A DNA stretch of 64,000 nucleotides from Octopus vulgaris. Its lineage: Eukaryota. The DNA lies in the NCBI GenBank assembly GCA_951406725.2, contig OX597834.1:8618001-8682000 (forward strand), in the 5' to 3' direction. Below the pieces are notes generated by a model. That model ran no database searches and was not told the DNA's origin. It worked only from the letters and a program-made list of their open reading frames with translations. Positions 32,847-46,680 of this stretch are shown piece after piece (position 1 is the stretch's first letter; the number at the start of each line of letters is the position of its first letter). The position numbers were made by a program, and so were the translations under genes.

Positions 32847-33443
32847 GGCGGCGAGCTGGCAGAACTTTTAGCACGCCGGGTGAAATGCTTAGCGGTAATT
32901 CGTCTGCCGTTACGTTCTGAGTTCAAATTCCACCGAGATCGACTTTGCCTTTCATCCTTTCGGGGTCGATAAATTAATTACCAGTCAAGCACTGGGGTTG
33001 ATGTAATCGACTTAATCGTTTATCTGTCCTTGTTTGTCCTCTCTGTGTTTAGCCCCTTGTGGGTAGTAGAAAAAAAAGGTACTTCGTCCGGCGCTGCATT
33101 CTGAGTTCATATTCCACCGAGGTCGACTTTGCCTTTCATCCTTTCGGAGTCGAGTAAATAAGTACCAGTCACGCACTGTGGTCGACAAAATTGACTTAAT
33201 CCGTTTGTCTGTCTTTGTTTCTCCTCTCTGCGTTTAGCCCCTTGTGAGTAGTAAAGAAATAGGTATTTCGTCTGCAGCTACGTTCTGAGTTCAAATTCCG
33301 CCGAGGTCAACTTTGCCTTTCATCCTTTCGGAATCGATTAAAAAACTACCAGTTACGCAGTGGGGTCAATATAATCGACTTAATCCGTTTGTCTGTTCTT
33401 GTTTGTCCCCTCTGTGTGTAGCCTCTTGTGGGCAGTAAAGAAA
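32847..33443 (+). mobile_element. SINE family B concatemer: one head + 3 bodies
   Basis: Three body units; TSD TAAGA(G/T)AGTTACGCATT at 32821-32837 and 33444-33460. Confidence 0.92.
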
Positions 33444-34391
33444 TAAGATAGTTACGCATTGCTGTCCGGTTGTACGACTTGCTAAACTGCGCAAAGTTTG
33501 TCAAATGTGAAAGAAGCCACAGAATTAACAAATGCGACCCTTCTAATTTGACAGGTGAAATATCTACTGAAGAGAAAGTGGATGGGTTCAACTAATGTAG
33601 ACGGTTTCTGAATATAATGGCATATAACATACCACGCCCGGTAGCAAGAAATTATATGGTTCTGGTGGTAGAATTTCAAGAGCTACGTATAAAATTTTTG
33701 CAAAACAGCGGCCTTTCTATAAATGTAAACACAAATGCTACCAAAAACCAAATGCACATAACATATTTATGTATGTGTATAAAATTCTATAAGTTTGTTA
33801 TAATTTAAAGAAACTTTTCAATACACATATGTTATCAAAACGCCTAAAATTTTGCAATTGTTTTTTCGATGCTTTCGGCCTATGAAGTGCTTAAAGAAGC
33901 GTATTTAAATTCGTACAAAAGGACCTTATATGTCAGCCTTTCGGATCAATTCATTCCCGTTTTTAAAAATTGCTTAAATATTTTTAAGATGGTGTATACG
34001 GTAGCGAATGTTATATAGTCAGTGTGTAACTCACTTTCCAGAGAAATTTAATTATATTAAAGTTTTTATTTGGGTGTTTTTTAATGATATATCGATGCCT
34101 TTTCTTTTGTATTTCATCATAAAATTCATTTTAGAATGTGTGTACAGTTAGCCAGCTTTTGGTGAGATAATGAGTTTGTCAGTGTGAGCATAAGTATATG
34201 TATGCATGTGTGTTTGCGTACGTGTGTGTGTGTGTATGTGTGTTAGTGTACTTTAGTGTATATTTGTGTGTGTGTGTGTGTGTGAGTATGTTTCTGTGTG
34301 TTTGTGTATGTGTGCCAATAGTGAATACATCAACACATTATACACTGCTGCTAGTTTTCAAGATATATACATGATCAGCGTTTAGTTATTA

Positions 34392-34773
34392 CTAGCAGTA
34401 TCGCCCGGCGTTGCTCAGGTTTGTAAGGGAAATAACTATAAAGCATTTTTAGAGAGTTATAGCCAAAAAATAGCAAAAAAATGGAAAAAAAATGATGGTA
34501 AATTTTTTGAGAGTTAAAAAAGGTGGAGTTGCGTCCCCTAGACGGTCTGTGGTTTGGGTTTCTGATTCTCGACCCCATGTCGAATTTATCGATTTTTTTC
34601 AGAACTGGGGGAACTTTTCAAAATTTTCGCTGCGTTAGTTTTGAATTATGACATTGGGCTATGTGTGTGTCAAGTTTCATCAGAATCGGTTGAAAGCCGT
34701 GGTCAGAGTGAGGGTACGAGAAAACAGACACACAGAAAACGCACAGACAAACTGCCGTTTATATAGAGAGAGA
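34392..34773 (-). mobile_element. Non-autonomous Helitron
   Basis: Minus strand starts TCTCTCTCTATATAAACGG and ends with a GC hairpin CCTGAGCAACGCCGGGCG then ATACTGCTAG; inserted between A and T; no TSD. Confidence 0.85.
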
Positions 34774-35740
34774 TTATTATTATTATTTGTGTTATTTTTT
34801 TTTTTTGTTTTTACATTTCTGACATGTGTATCTCTGGTTCTTCCACTCCCGGTTTATAAGCCATACATGTTGTAACCTGTAATGTCAGATCTATTTTTTT
34901 TTCTAATGGCAACTGTATCTCACCTTTATATCCCTCATGGTCTTTTCTTATGACATATAAGTCAATTAGAGATATATTTTCTGCCCAAGTAAATATAATA
35001 TTTTGCTACACTCGCTTTTACTACAGTCTTCTATCACTGTTATAGATTTTATTTTCGTAATACTTTTTTCTCTGTCATTTCGAGGTCAAATGTACGTAAC
35101 TAGTTTTTTTTCTTGATCGCGTATTTTTTTATTTATTATTATATTGCCTTGTCTTAGCATTCTGCCTCTTTACCACAGAGGTTTTATCTATGGTAAAACA
35201 TTTTAAAATCCAAGATTATAAGAACATCTAAATTGCACTTATAATCTTGCTTTTTGTGAAGTCCATACAACTGCATTGAAAGCGGCTTCACTTTGCGACG
35301 CATCCTCGTGACGAGATCGATTCTCAAAGGAGTTGTCGATTTTGCATGTACTTAAAACGTAGCATCAAGCAATATTGAATTTGCAAAGGGTAATTCGGTT
35401 TTGAATCTTTGAATGAACATTTTCAAAGATGCTATAAATCCCTTCTTGATTTTCTCAACTGTACTCCATTTGCATTATTCGATATTCTAAGCACGTTATC
35501 ACTTTTCGAATCACCTTTAATATCCTACATGTTGCCACATATTTCCTTCAGTAAGAATAAAAATCTTGACCTGTATTATAAGAATGTAAGAATTGCCTAA
35601 TCCCATTTACTTATGCAAAGAAAAATTTGCACAAAAAGTAGAGATATTTCTCAAGTACACAATGATCGTTAGGTCGATTTCTATGATGTTTTATGTATGT
35701 TCTTGTTTATTTAAATTTCTTTTTGAAGAAAGTCTTGGAT

Positions 35741-36180
35741 GAGTGGCTGTGTGGTAAGTAGCTTGTCTACCACCCACATGGTTCCGGGTTCAGTCCCACT
35801 GCGTGGCACCTTGGGCAAGTGTCTTCTGCTATAGCCTCGGGCCGACCAAAGCCTTGTGAGTGGCTTTGGTAGACGGAAACTGAAAGAAGCTTGTCGTATA
35901 TATGTATATATATATATGTATATGTATGTGTGTGTGTTTGTGTGTCTGTGTGTGTGTTTGTGTGTCTGTGTGTGTCCCTCTAGCATTGCTTGACAACCGA
36001 TGCTGGTGTGTTTAAGTCCCCGTCACTTAGCGGTTCGGCAAAAGAGCCCGATAGAATAAGTACTGGGCTTACAAAAAGAATAAGTCCCGGGGTCGAGTTG
36101 CTCGATTAAAGGCGGTGCTCCAGCATGGCCGCAGACAAATGACTGAAACAAGTAAAAGAGTAAAAGAGAGTAAAGAGTAA
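35741..36180 (+). mobile_element. SINE family A
   Basis: Near full-length match to the other copies. Confidence 0.92.
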
Positions 36181-37561
36181 TGCAAGAATACCAGGCTAAG
36201 ATATAGAATCGTTGAATATGAATGTTCCTTTTAGATGCCATTCAAACGACGTGGTTATTTAGACAACTCTGTTTCACGGATTCGATATGTTGAAAGTATT
36301 TTGACAACATTTATTCTATCTAAACTCATTTTGCTTATTGTTAGTAAACAGGCACTTACCCACATGTAGGGAGATCGCGGAATCGATTTCCGTGTCTTTG
36401 ATGAAAGTTTCTGTCTTTTAAGGGAGAATTTAAGGTAGTTTTCGAGGTTATATTTAATGTCTATACGTTATCGGTTATGCTTACACGGGATTTCATTTTA
36501 TATTTCTCCATTATGTATTCCTTGTAGAAATGGATAATAGCACCGTTTAAAATACTGGAACGTATCACATATGCGTTCCTTGTTGATAGTTTCTATGAAA
36601 TTTTATTGTGCAAATCTAAGTTTAACGTGGGAAGACAATCGTAGTTTAAATGAGAGAAGCGTAGCTTAATATTGGTTAACATAGTTATAGGCAGAAATGT
36701 ACCGATACCCAAGCGTATTCATGAAAGAAATAGTTTTCGATCATATGTCTCATTCGATTAGATGAGTTTAAAATTTCAAGAACACCGTCATATGGAATAT
36801 GAGAAATATTTCAGATATATGGTTATTCCTTATACGTTTCACGATGACCTGGTGTTAACACTTTCAAGTTCCAAACGTATTTCAGCAAATGTAATGGGCA
36901 AGCCTCAGAATATGTTAACTGGAAACCCTTTAAAGTGGAGAGATATTGACAGATGAAATATTAGTAAATATATGTAACAACACAAGCGATAAATTAGGCT
37001 GTCAGTATGCAGAATTACAGAGGCATGACCTCAAAATTATATTTCTGCGTATCTGTGTGTTTGTGCGTACCTGCATGTTTTGTGTGCATATGAGGGCGTT
37101 AATGAAACTGAATGTGTGTGTATGTGATTATGTGTAGATAGATTGATAAATGTATAAACTTATATAGGCTGATATAAATAAATGCGCGTTCATACACTCA
37201 TAAAGTGGGCTATATGTTACCCCTAGGACATTTGTGTTAACAGTATTTCAAGATTTTGGCATGAATGGGAAGTTATAAGTGAATTCAAACAAAATTACAT
37301 TTCGACAACGTTACACTTGTCGTAGAAAAGTTGGGAGACTTTCAAGAAAATAATATTATCATGTTTCATGTCCTGACGGAACAAAACAGCCCTCGAACAA
37401 GAAATCATGACCATAATGCTTTGTTCCCTCTTCTCCAAATGGTAAACAAATCTATCCCAAATAGTTCACTAGCATCCTATAAAACGAAAATCACACTTAC
37501 GCACGTAGGTAACGAACACAAAATAAAAAAAAAAAACATATATGAAGCTAGAAACATTTAT

Positions 37562-37984
37562 GCAGGAGCGGCTGTGTGGTAAGTAGCTTGCTTACGAACC
37601 ACATGGTTCCGGGTTCAGTCCCACTGCGTGGCACCTTGGGCAAGTATCTTTTAGTATAGTCTCGGGCCGATCAAAGCCTTGTGGGTGGATTTGGTAGATG
37701 GAAACTGAAAGACGCTCGTCGTATATATGTATATGTATATACATATATACATGTATATATATATATGTGTATGTGTGTTTGTTTGCCTGTGTGTGTCCCC
37801 CTAACATCACTCGACAACCAATGCTGGTGTGTTACGTCCAAGTAACTTAGCGGTTCGGCAAAGGAGACCGATAGAATAAGTAGTAGGCTTACAAAGAATA
37901 AGTCCTGGGGTCGATTTGCTCCACCAAAGGCGGTGCTCCAGCATGGTCGCAGTCAAATGACTGCAACAAGTAAAAGATAAAAGA
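37562..37984 (+). mobile_element. SINE family A
   Basis: Full-length match to the other copies. Confidence 0.92.
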
Positions 37985-38839
37985 AAGCTCTCAACTAATC
38001 TCTTGTAAGAAAGACTTTGTATTTCTTAAAACATACTATGTTAATTTGTCGATTCCTTTATGGTTACATTTGATTGTTACCTCTTCACCTTTGGGGTCAG
38101 TTGCATTGTGCAGTTAAGTGTGTTTTCGTTTCCTCCAAATGGACGATATTCTCTTCATATCAGTGTTTCAACTTGTATGGCATATACCAAAGTTATTTTA
38201 GCGTATGTCTTCCATATGGCCTCATGTGGCCTCACCAACGTAATGCTAAAAGTTCTTTATATCTGTGTATATTTGAGTGTGAGTTCGTGTGTATTCTTTT
38301 GTGGTCGCTCCCAGATGATGAAGTAGGCTAGCCCAATACGTAGATATAGTGGGAGAAACCTAGACGTCAGAGTTCAGACCAGAGCAGATTTGAGTAGCAG
38401 TTGGACGATTAGAGAAGAGAAGAGTAGAGGCAGAGATGAGTAGTAGAGGCATCCGAACGTGCGTCATAACATGTAATGTATGTATTATATATGAATGCAT
38501 GTATGAATGCCTCAAGGGTGAGAATACTGGAATGTTTAAGGCGTGTCCCTGTTTGAGACCGTCTCATCGCATCAAAGGCGAATAACTTTTTTCTTTAACA
38601 ACTTGACTATTGATAACTTGTGAATGTAATTGGTTGGACAGAAACTGCTTAGAAATATTTCTGGTTAACTATACCGTTAGACAAATGGTAGAGAAAGATA
38701 CTGTCCACAATTTGCATTATGGATACATGGGTGTATGGAGTGTTCAACCAATTTCACGCTATTTTAAGATCAGGTATTGCAGATAATCAAACAAGTGAAA
38801 TTTAGTCATCGAAAAACAATGATCCACAAACAAATCAAT

Positions 38840-39170
<331 letters not shown>

Positions 39171-39280
39171 TGTTTCTTTTCGCGAGTGCTTTATTCATTA
39201 CAATCGGTTCAGCATTTCTTTCCTTACAACTGTTTGTTTCATCGCCTTTTAACATCATCATGTCTTTTATTCAACCTTAT

Positions 39281-39608
39281 AGTGGTTAGAGCGTCGAGCT
39301 TACGATCGTGAGGTTGTGAGCTCGAATCCCGGTCCGGGCTGCGTGTTGTGTTCTTGAGCAAAGCACTTTATTTTCACGTTGTTCCAGTTCACTCAGCTGT
39401 AGAAATGAGTTGCGACGTCACTGGTACCAAGCTGTATCGACCTTTGTGTTTCCCTTGGATAACACTGGTGGCGTGGAGAGGGGAGGCTGGTATGCATGGG
39501 CGACTGCTGGTCTTCCATAAACAACCTTGCCCGGACTTGTGTCTAGGAGGGTAACTTTCTAGGTGCAATCCCATGGTCATTCATGACCGAAGGGGGTATT
39601 TACCCTTT
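39281..39608 (+). mobile_element. tRNA-derived SINE family D (single copy here)
   Basis: tRNA-like head AGTGGTTAGAGCGTCG...GAGCTCGAATCCCGG, CORE-like TTCTTGAGCAAAGCACTTTA, internal KpnI site, structured 3' tail. Possibly the octopus OK family (unverified). Confidence 0.75.
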
Positions 39609-39821
39609 ATAATTGTTGAAATATATGTAAGAAAAATCCGAAATTCCTTTAATTTTTCCTTTATATTTTATACGTTATGTGTCAGTCTTTAAATAAATAC
39701 TTGAATCTAATTATTATCATTTAAGTATTAATCGAAAGAAGATATTGTGATAGACATTATCTGTTGATCGGTAGAACAGAACAGTTGAAACAGCCATTTC
39801 TGATACAATTATTATCATTTA

Positions 39822-40221
39822 GGCGCTGGAGTGGCTGTATGGTAAGTAGCTTGCTTACCAACCACATGGTTCCAGGTTCAACCCCACTGCGTGGCACCTT
39901 GGGCAATTGCCTTCTACTATAGCCTTGGGCCGACCAAATCCTTGTGAGTGGATTTGGTAGACGGAAACTGAAAGAAGCCCGTCGTATATATGTACATATC
40001 TATATGTATGTGTGTGTATATGTTTGTGTGTCTGTATTAGTCCCTCAACATCGCTTGACAACCGATGCTGGTGTGTTTACGTCCCCGTAACTTAGCGGTT
40101 CGGGAAAAGAGACCGATAAAATAAGTACAAAGCTTACAAAGAATAAGTCCTGGGATCGATTTGTTCTACTAAAAGGCGGTGCTCCAGCATGGCCACAGTC
40201 AAATGACTGAAACAAGTAAAA
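39822..40221 (+). mobile_element. SINE family A
   Basis: Full-length match. Confidence 0.92.
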
Positions 40222-41114
40222 CCGTAAATGAGTTAAGAGTATTTGTCTTAGCTCTTTTTTGAGTAACGTAATTTGCTAATCGTAAATACGAAAGTGCATA
40301 TGCATATAAGAGAATATGTATATAAAAACGCACAAACATATATAAATATGTTCCTACATGAAAGTGTGATTGTTCAACCATCAAACCTGATATTTATGAC
40401 TTTTTTTTTCTGCCTCCTGTGCTAATTCCGTAATCTACTACGTCCCAGCCTCTCGTTGTAATCATTTTTTCACATTAAATTTCATTAAACCTATCAGCAT
40501 TGAACGATGTATGATTAACATTTGATACCTAGCCTCATTTATACTCTTTTTCTAAGTCTGAAATCGTTATGTAGAAGTGTATCTTAAGTTGTGGTCACAC
40601 ATAAATTATTTTGTACGTTGTGTTAATGTTTTAACATTTCACCTCTTTTAGTTAAATGCTTTGTCAGCTATTGAATTTCGGTGATAAATGATTTCGGTTC
40701 ATTAAAAATCTAATATATCATTTATAGGTAGTTAGTTATATGACATAAACAATCTTATAAGATATATATATATATTTTAAGACATTCATTGAATTATTCT
40801 TATTTCTGAAATGGTTTTACGTCTGACGCCTCGCTCTAAAACTTGATAACTATCCCAAAACGTTGTTCACTACTTTCTGCAGAGTGAACAATACACAAAA
40901 ACATGCGTTTGAAACGCACTAACACAAGCAAGCATCTATAAATCAGAAACATGTTTTCATCCCTCTCAAACTATTTCGCCACACCCACACCTAAAATGAT
41001 AGACTAGATTTTCATTAATGGTATCTTAATTAAGAAGGTTTATTCATGGTTATATTAGGTAATTACTCTTCTCAATTAGGGCCAGTAGCCGTTTTAGATA
41101 CCTGTTACTCCCTG

Positions 41115-41394
41115 TTTTACTCTTTTACTTGTCTCAGTCATTTGACTGCGGCAATGCTGGTGCACCGCCTTTAGTCGATAGAGCAAATCGACCCCAGGAC
41201 TTATTCTTTGTAAGCCTAGTAGCTATTCTATAGGTTATTTTGCCGAACCGCTAAGTTACGGGGACGTAAACACACCGGTATAGGTTCTCAAGCGATGTTA
41301 GGGGGAGAAACACAGCCAAACAAATATATACACACACAAATATATACACACATACATACACACACACATATATATATACATATATATATATATG

Positions 41395-41440
<46 letters not shown>

Positions 41441-41598
41441 ACGAGCTTCTTTCAGTTTCCTTCTACCAAATCTACTCACAAGTCTTTGGTCGGCCCGAGG
41501 CTATAGTAGAAGACACTTACCCAAGGTGACACGCAGTGGGATTGAACCCGGAACCATGTGGTTCGTAAGCAAGCTACTTACCACACAGCTACTCCTGC
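41115..41598 (-). mobile_element. SINE family A with an expanded internal microsatellite
   Basis: Full-length match on the minus strand. Confidence 0.92.
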
Positions 41599-41697
41599 CC
41601 CTCTTGTTTAGTTTCTGTAGCTAACCGAAGGTATTTTCTACGTATCATTGTTTAAATTTGTACGATATATATTAAAGCTGTTTTAAGTTTTGGGTGG

Positions 41698-41731
<34 letters not shown>

Positions 41732-42399
41732 GCACTCTGACTTAATTCGAATAGATAAATGTACAGACGCACACAGACACAAACACACACGTACACACAT
41801 ACACACATATATACACGAACATACGCATATACTTGATAACATGACTTACAAAGTGGAGTCACATGGGATGTCTTTCAGCTTGGCTTAGCTCTAGACGGAT
41901 GTCACTACGAAAGACGTGACCGTATGAAATTTTAGTAAATAAATTCCACGTAAACTTTTGAACATAATATCATTAGTTAATGAGGACTACACTCTGAGAA
42001 TAGGAGAACTTTGTTTCGCATAATTAAATCTATAAAGCAAGTTGAAGAGTGAAAACGCTATTAAAAATATAATAATTATTACTATTTGATAATAGTTGAT
42101 GTAACGGAATGAAAATTATTTAAAATTGGAGATAAATAATGCGGTGACAAGAAGTATATTATGCTTCAATATTTGATAATGCATTATGTATGTTATGACA
42201 CAGTAGCCAAAACGCATAAATGCAGAATTATTTGGCAGAATGGGTTGCAAGAATTTCGGAATAGTTAGACTCAATCACTGATATGCAACTAAACTTCTTT
42301 TGAAAAGTTAACATCAAATGCTTTTAACAAATTGTTTAGAGTGGAGTTAAATGCGTTTTTTAATGTTTTTCCTTGTTTTTTTTATTTTTTTAATTTAAT

Positions 42400-42735
<336 letters not shown>

Positions 42736-43429
42736 TTTTTTTTCCAGATCAAGAGCGGAACCTTCAAGAATTGATTTATTACTAACGCAAAACAGCAATA
42801 ATTTCTTGGAGAAATGAGGTTATATGATGTGTTTTTTTTGTTTATTTTTCTGGGTTTTTTTTTGTTTGTCTGTTTTTCTTTTGGTCTTCAACAGCTTTAT
42901 ATTGATTTGTAACGTTAAGGGAACTTTTTCAGGGAAGGTTGTAATATTGCTCGATTTAAATCGACCTCAGACTTCTATTGAAAACTAATTATATCGATTC
43001 TGGGCTTAACAGACTCTACATCGGTGGGTTGCTGATTTCATGGCGAAGCGGCATTTAAGTAATTGTTGCGTTCTATTTCGCTTACTAAATCGACTCCGTA
43101 TTTCCCATCTACTAATCTTACTATATTATCATTGTCATATGACGTAATATGTATTTCCATTCGACTGTGTAACCAACGACACGTCAGCGCTCTTGTTCGA
43201 CTGCCTAGTAGTTATTTCCTTATTGCTGACAGCAACAATTCACCGACCTGTTGATAGTTTCCGCTATATGATGAAGGAAAATATTTCACACTAAAATGAA
43301 AAAAAATATTTCAGTCACTGTTTTCTCGACAGAGAGAATGGAACCCAAAACAGCATTTTCACTACCCGAGTAAAGGTATTTCTAAACTTATGCAGAATTT
43401 ATTTAGGTACACAGCTTTCTATTATGAAT

Positions 43430-43645
43430 TTCAAATTTTGTTACAATGTCAGAAATTTGTGGGGTCAGGGTTAAATCGATTACATGAACATCAGTACTTT
43501 AAGTGCACTGATATTATATTATCGATTCAAAGCGGATGAAAAGCAAAGTCAACCTCGGCGGAAATTGAAATCAGGTCGTAAAGACGGACGAAATACCGCT
43601 AAGAATTTTGCCCGGCGTGCTAACGATTCCGCCAGCTTACGGCCT
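43430..43645 (-). mobile_element. Older SINE family B copy with old-type tail
   Basis: Head TTTGCCCGGCGTGCTAACGATTCCGCCAGC, Meta-like module, tail TTTCAAATTTTG. Confidence 0.75.
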
Positions 43646-43704
43646 CACTGTGTCTTATCATTAACAAAAAAGACAGAGAACAGGTACAATTATTACTGGA
43701 CAGA

Positions 43705-43890
43705 CAACATGGTTAGCGTAAATGCTTATGGCTTTACGTTTTGAGTTCAAATACTACTGACGTCTACTTTCATTTTATCATTTCGGAGTCCATAAAATAA
43801 GTACCGCTTAGCACTGGTATCCATGTGATTGACTATTACATACCAGTCCGGGAAAAGAGACCGATAGAATAAGTACCATGCTTAAAAAAG
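43705..43890 (+). mobile_element. Degenerate SINE B fragment followed by a SINE A fragment
   Basis: TTTGAGTTCAAAT...ATAAAATAAGTACC...GCACTGG, then GAAAAGAGACCGATAGAATAAGTAC. Confidence 0.55.
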
Positions 43891-44198
43891 AGATACTGGC
43901 GCTGAATTATTCATCTAGAACCCGTCTAATATCTTAAACAAGATATAAAGATAAATATACACAACTACACACTCGTATGAGTGTGTTTGTGTGTCTATGC
44001 TTGTATCTTTTAATCTTTAAGTCAGGAAGAAAGAGTAGTGTCTTTAATCGTTTATAGGTCCCTCAAAACTAATGATAAGATGAGTGTTTTCTCATGCCGC
44101 AGACTTCGTGAAATCTTGTAACTGTGTGTATAAGATATAACACGCTCTTTCTCAGAGCAGGAAAAATATTTCTTTATCCGTGTATGTTGTAGGTTTCA

Positions 44199-44567
44199 GA
44201 GGTGCAATGGCCCAGTGGCTACGGCAGCGGACTTGCGGTCGTAAGAATGCTGTTTCGGTTCCCAGGTCGGGCGTTGTGAATGTTTATTGAGAGAAAACAT
44301 CTAAAGCTCCACGAGGCTCCGACAGGGGATGGTGGTAATCCCTGCTGTACTCTTTCAACACAACTTTCTCTCACTCTTTCTTCTCGTTGTACGTGTATTT
44401 CAAAGATATTTCACACTCTGATCATATCACGTGGAATCTCTCCGAGAACTACGTTGACGGTACACGTGTCTGTGGAGTGCTCAGCCACTTGCGCGTTAAT
44501 TTGATGAGCATGCTGTTCCGTTGATTGGATTAACTGGATCTCTTGCCATCGTAACACATGGAGTGCC
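44199..44567 (+). mobile_element. SINE family C long tail, diverged copy
   Basis: Aligns end to end with 52815-53206. Confidence 0.88.
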
Positions 44568-45365
44568 GGAAACATGTTGTAAATTCCACATGTAAACACC
44601 TCAGTTGTGGCTATTCAAAACTGTGGCAATTCAACTACTGATTCTATATCGAAGGCATCTTGTAGCAATTACAGGACAGGAGAATCTGATCAATTGATAT
44701 ATAGCTTATCGACACACAAACATCGGTGCATGTATTAAGAACGAATCAGAGGAACTGCAGTTTCCCTTACTTTGTAATGTTTGTAATTGATGCATAACAT
44801 TATTTCATTCAAATGAGATTTATATAGATGTGAGCTACAGTAATCTGTATCAGTCTTAACTGAGAATTCAGTGTGTATCATTCTAAATAACTCCAAATGT
44901 ATCTATTGAAATCCATAAGTAGAATTAAATACTATAAGTTTTGTCGAGAGCTTTTGAAATAGTAGAGCGAAATACTGTAGGAAGGGATATAGATATACCA
45001 CAGGAAATACAATATAAACCGACAATATCTCGTCATACTGGAATTTCCCTCCGTATGTTGCCCTCTGCAGTACATGCTGTAATGCTAACAGTTTATAGAT
45101 TATCTATTAAGAAATTGTCAACTAACTGTTAGTTATTCATTAACCTACGTTTCGATTCCTTAGGGAGAGGTTTAATTTAATTCATGGAAATAAAACGCTT
45201 TATTTTCAATCAAACGTATCAAGAATCCCATTTTTTATTGTATGAGAATGTGGGCCTACGATATGATAACATTGACCCAGGCGTACTTTTTCTTAAATAT
45301 GAACTGCTAAAATTACGACGGGAGACATCTAATACGCCTGTGCGCATTTTATGCCATCATATACA

Positions 45366-45574
45366 CTTTTACTCTTTTACTCTTTTACTTGTTTCAGTCA
45401 TTGTACTGCGGCCATGCTGGAGCACCGCCGTTAGTCGAGCAAATCGACCCCAGGACTTATTCTTTGTAAGCCTAGTACTTATTCTATCAGTTTCTCTTTT
45501 GCCGAACCGCTAAGTTATGGGGACGTAAACACACCAGTATCGGTTCTCAAGCGATGTTGGAGGGACAAACACAG

Positions 45575-45626
<52 letters not shown>

Positions 45627-45787
45627 GACGGGTTTCTTTCAGTTTCTGTCTACCAAATCCACTCACCAGGCTTTGGTCGGCCCGAGGCTATAGTAGAAGA
45701 CAGTTGCCCAGGGTGCCACGCAGTGGGACTGAACCCGGAACCATGTGGTTGGTAAGCAAACAATTTACCACACAGCCACTCCTGCGC
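45366..45787 (-). mobile_element. SINE family A
   Basis: Full-length match. Confidence 0.92.
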
Positions 45788-46299
45788 TTATACGGTAGAT
45801 ATATTTCATCAGTCAGTGGGAAACAAATCAGTGCGAAAGCGCACGTCCCCAAATTACGCCTCTATATGTGTTCTCTCAACTGCAACTAATCTATCAGCGA
45901 ATGGATAAATGGCCCAAACCATTGCTGCCGTGATCATGGAATACCTTCTTTATGAAAATATCTGTATATATTTTCTCCTGTTTCAAGATATCTTTGTGTC
46001 ATTTGAGAGTTCTTCGCTGATAGTATTACCAGGTCGAGTATGTACATTCGTGCATAAGCAAGTGTTATTGCTTGTGTGATTTCAGATGTGTACAATATAT
46101 GGGTGCATGTATGCATATGTGTAGATGTTCTGTATACGTATGCTATTGCGTGTGATATAGGTGTCTATAACATGTATAAAATCTTTACAGATCTCTAACT
46201 TTGCTTCAAATAGTGTAAGACTATGTGTCTGTGTGTGGCTACATGAGTGTAAAACATTCGAGTGTATAGTGTAACGTATATGCATGAATATCACTTCAC

Positions 46300-46400
46300 G
46301 CGCGTGTGTGTGTAAGATATATATAAATATATATATATATATTATATGTATATATATGAGTGTATATATATATATATATATACATGTATATATATGAGTG

Positions 46401-46445
<45 letters not shown>

Positions 46446-46528
46446 TATATATATTTGAGTGTATATATATATATTATATGTATATATATGTGAATGTATA
46501 CATATATATTATGTATATATATATGTGA

Positions 46529-46571
<43 letters not shown>

Positions 46572-46601
46572 AACACATATAATATAAGCGTGTACTTTTT
46601 G

Positions 46602-46678
<77 letters not shown>

Positions 46679-46680
46679 TC
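46300..46680. repeat. (TA)n/(CA)n microsatellite
   Basis: Directly visible. Confidence 0.92.
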
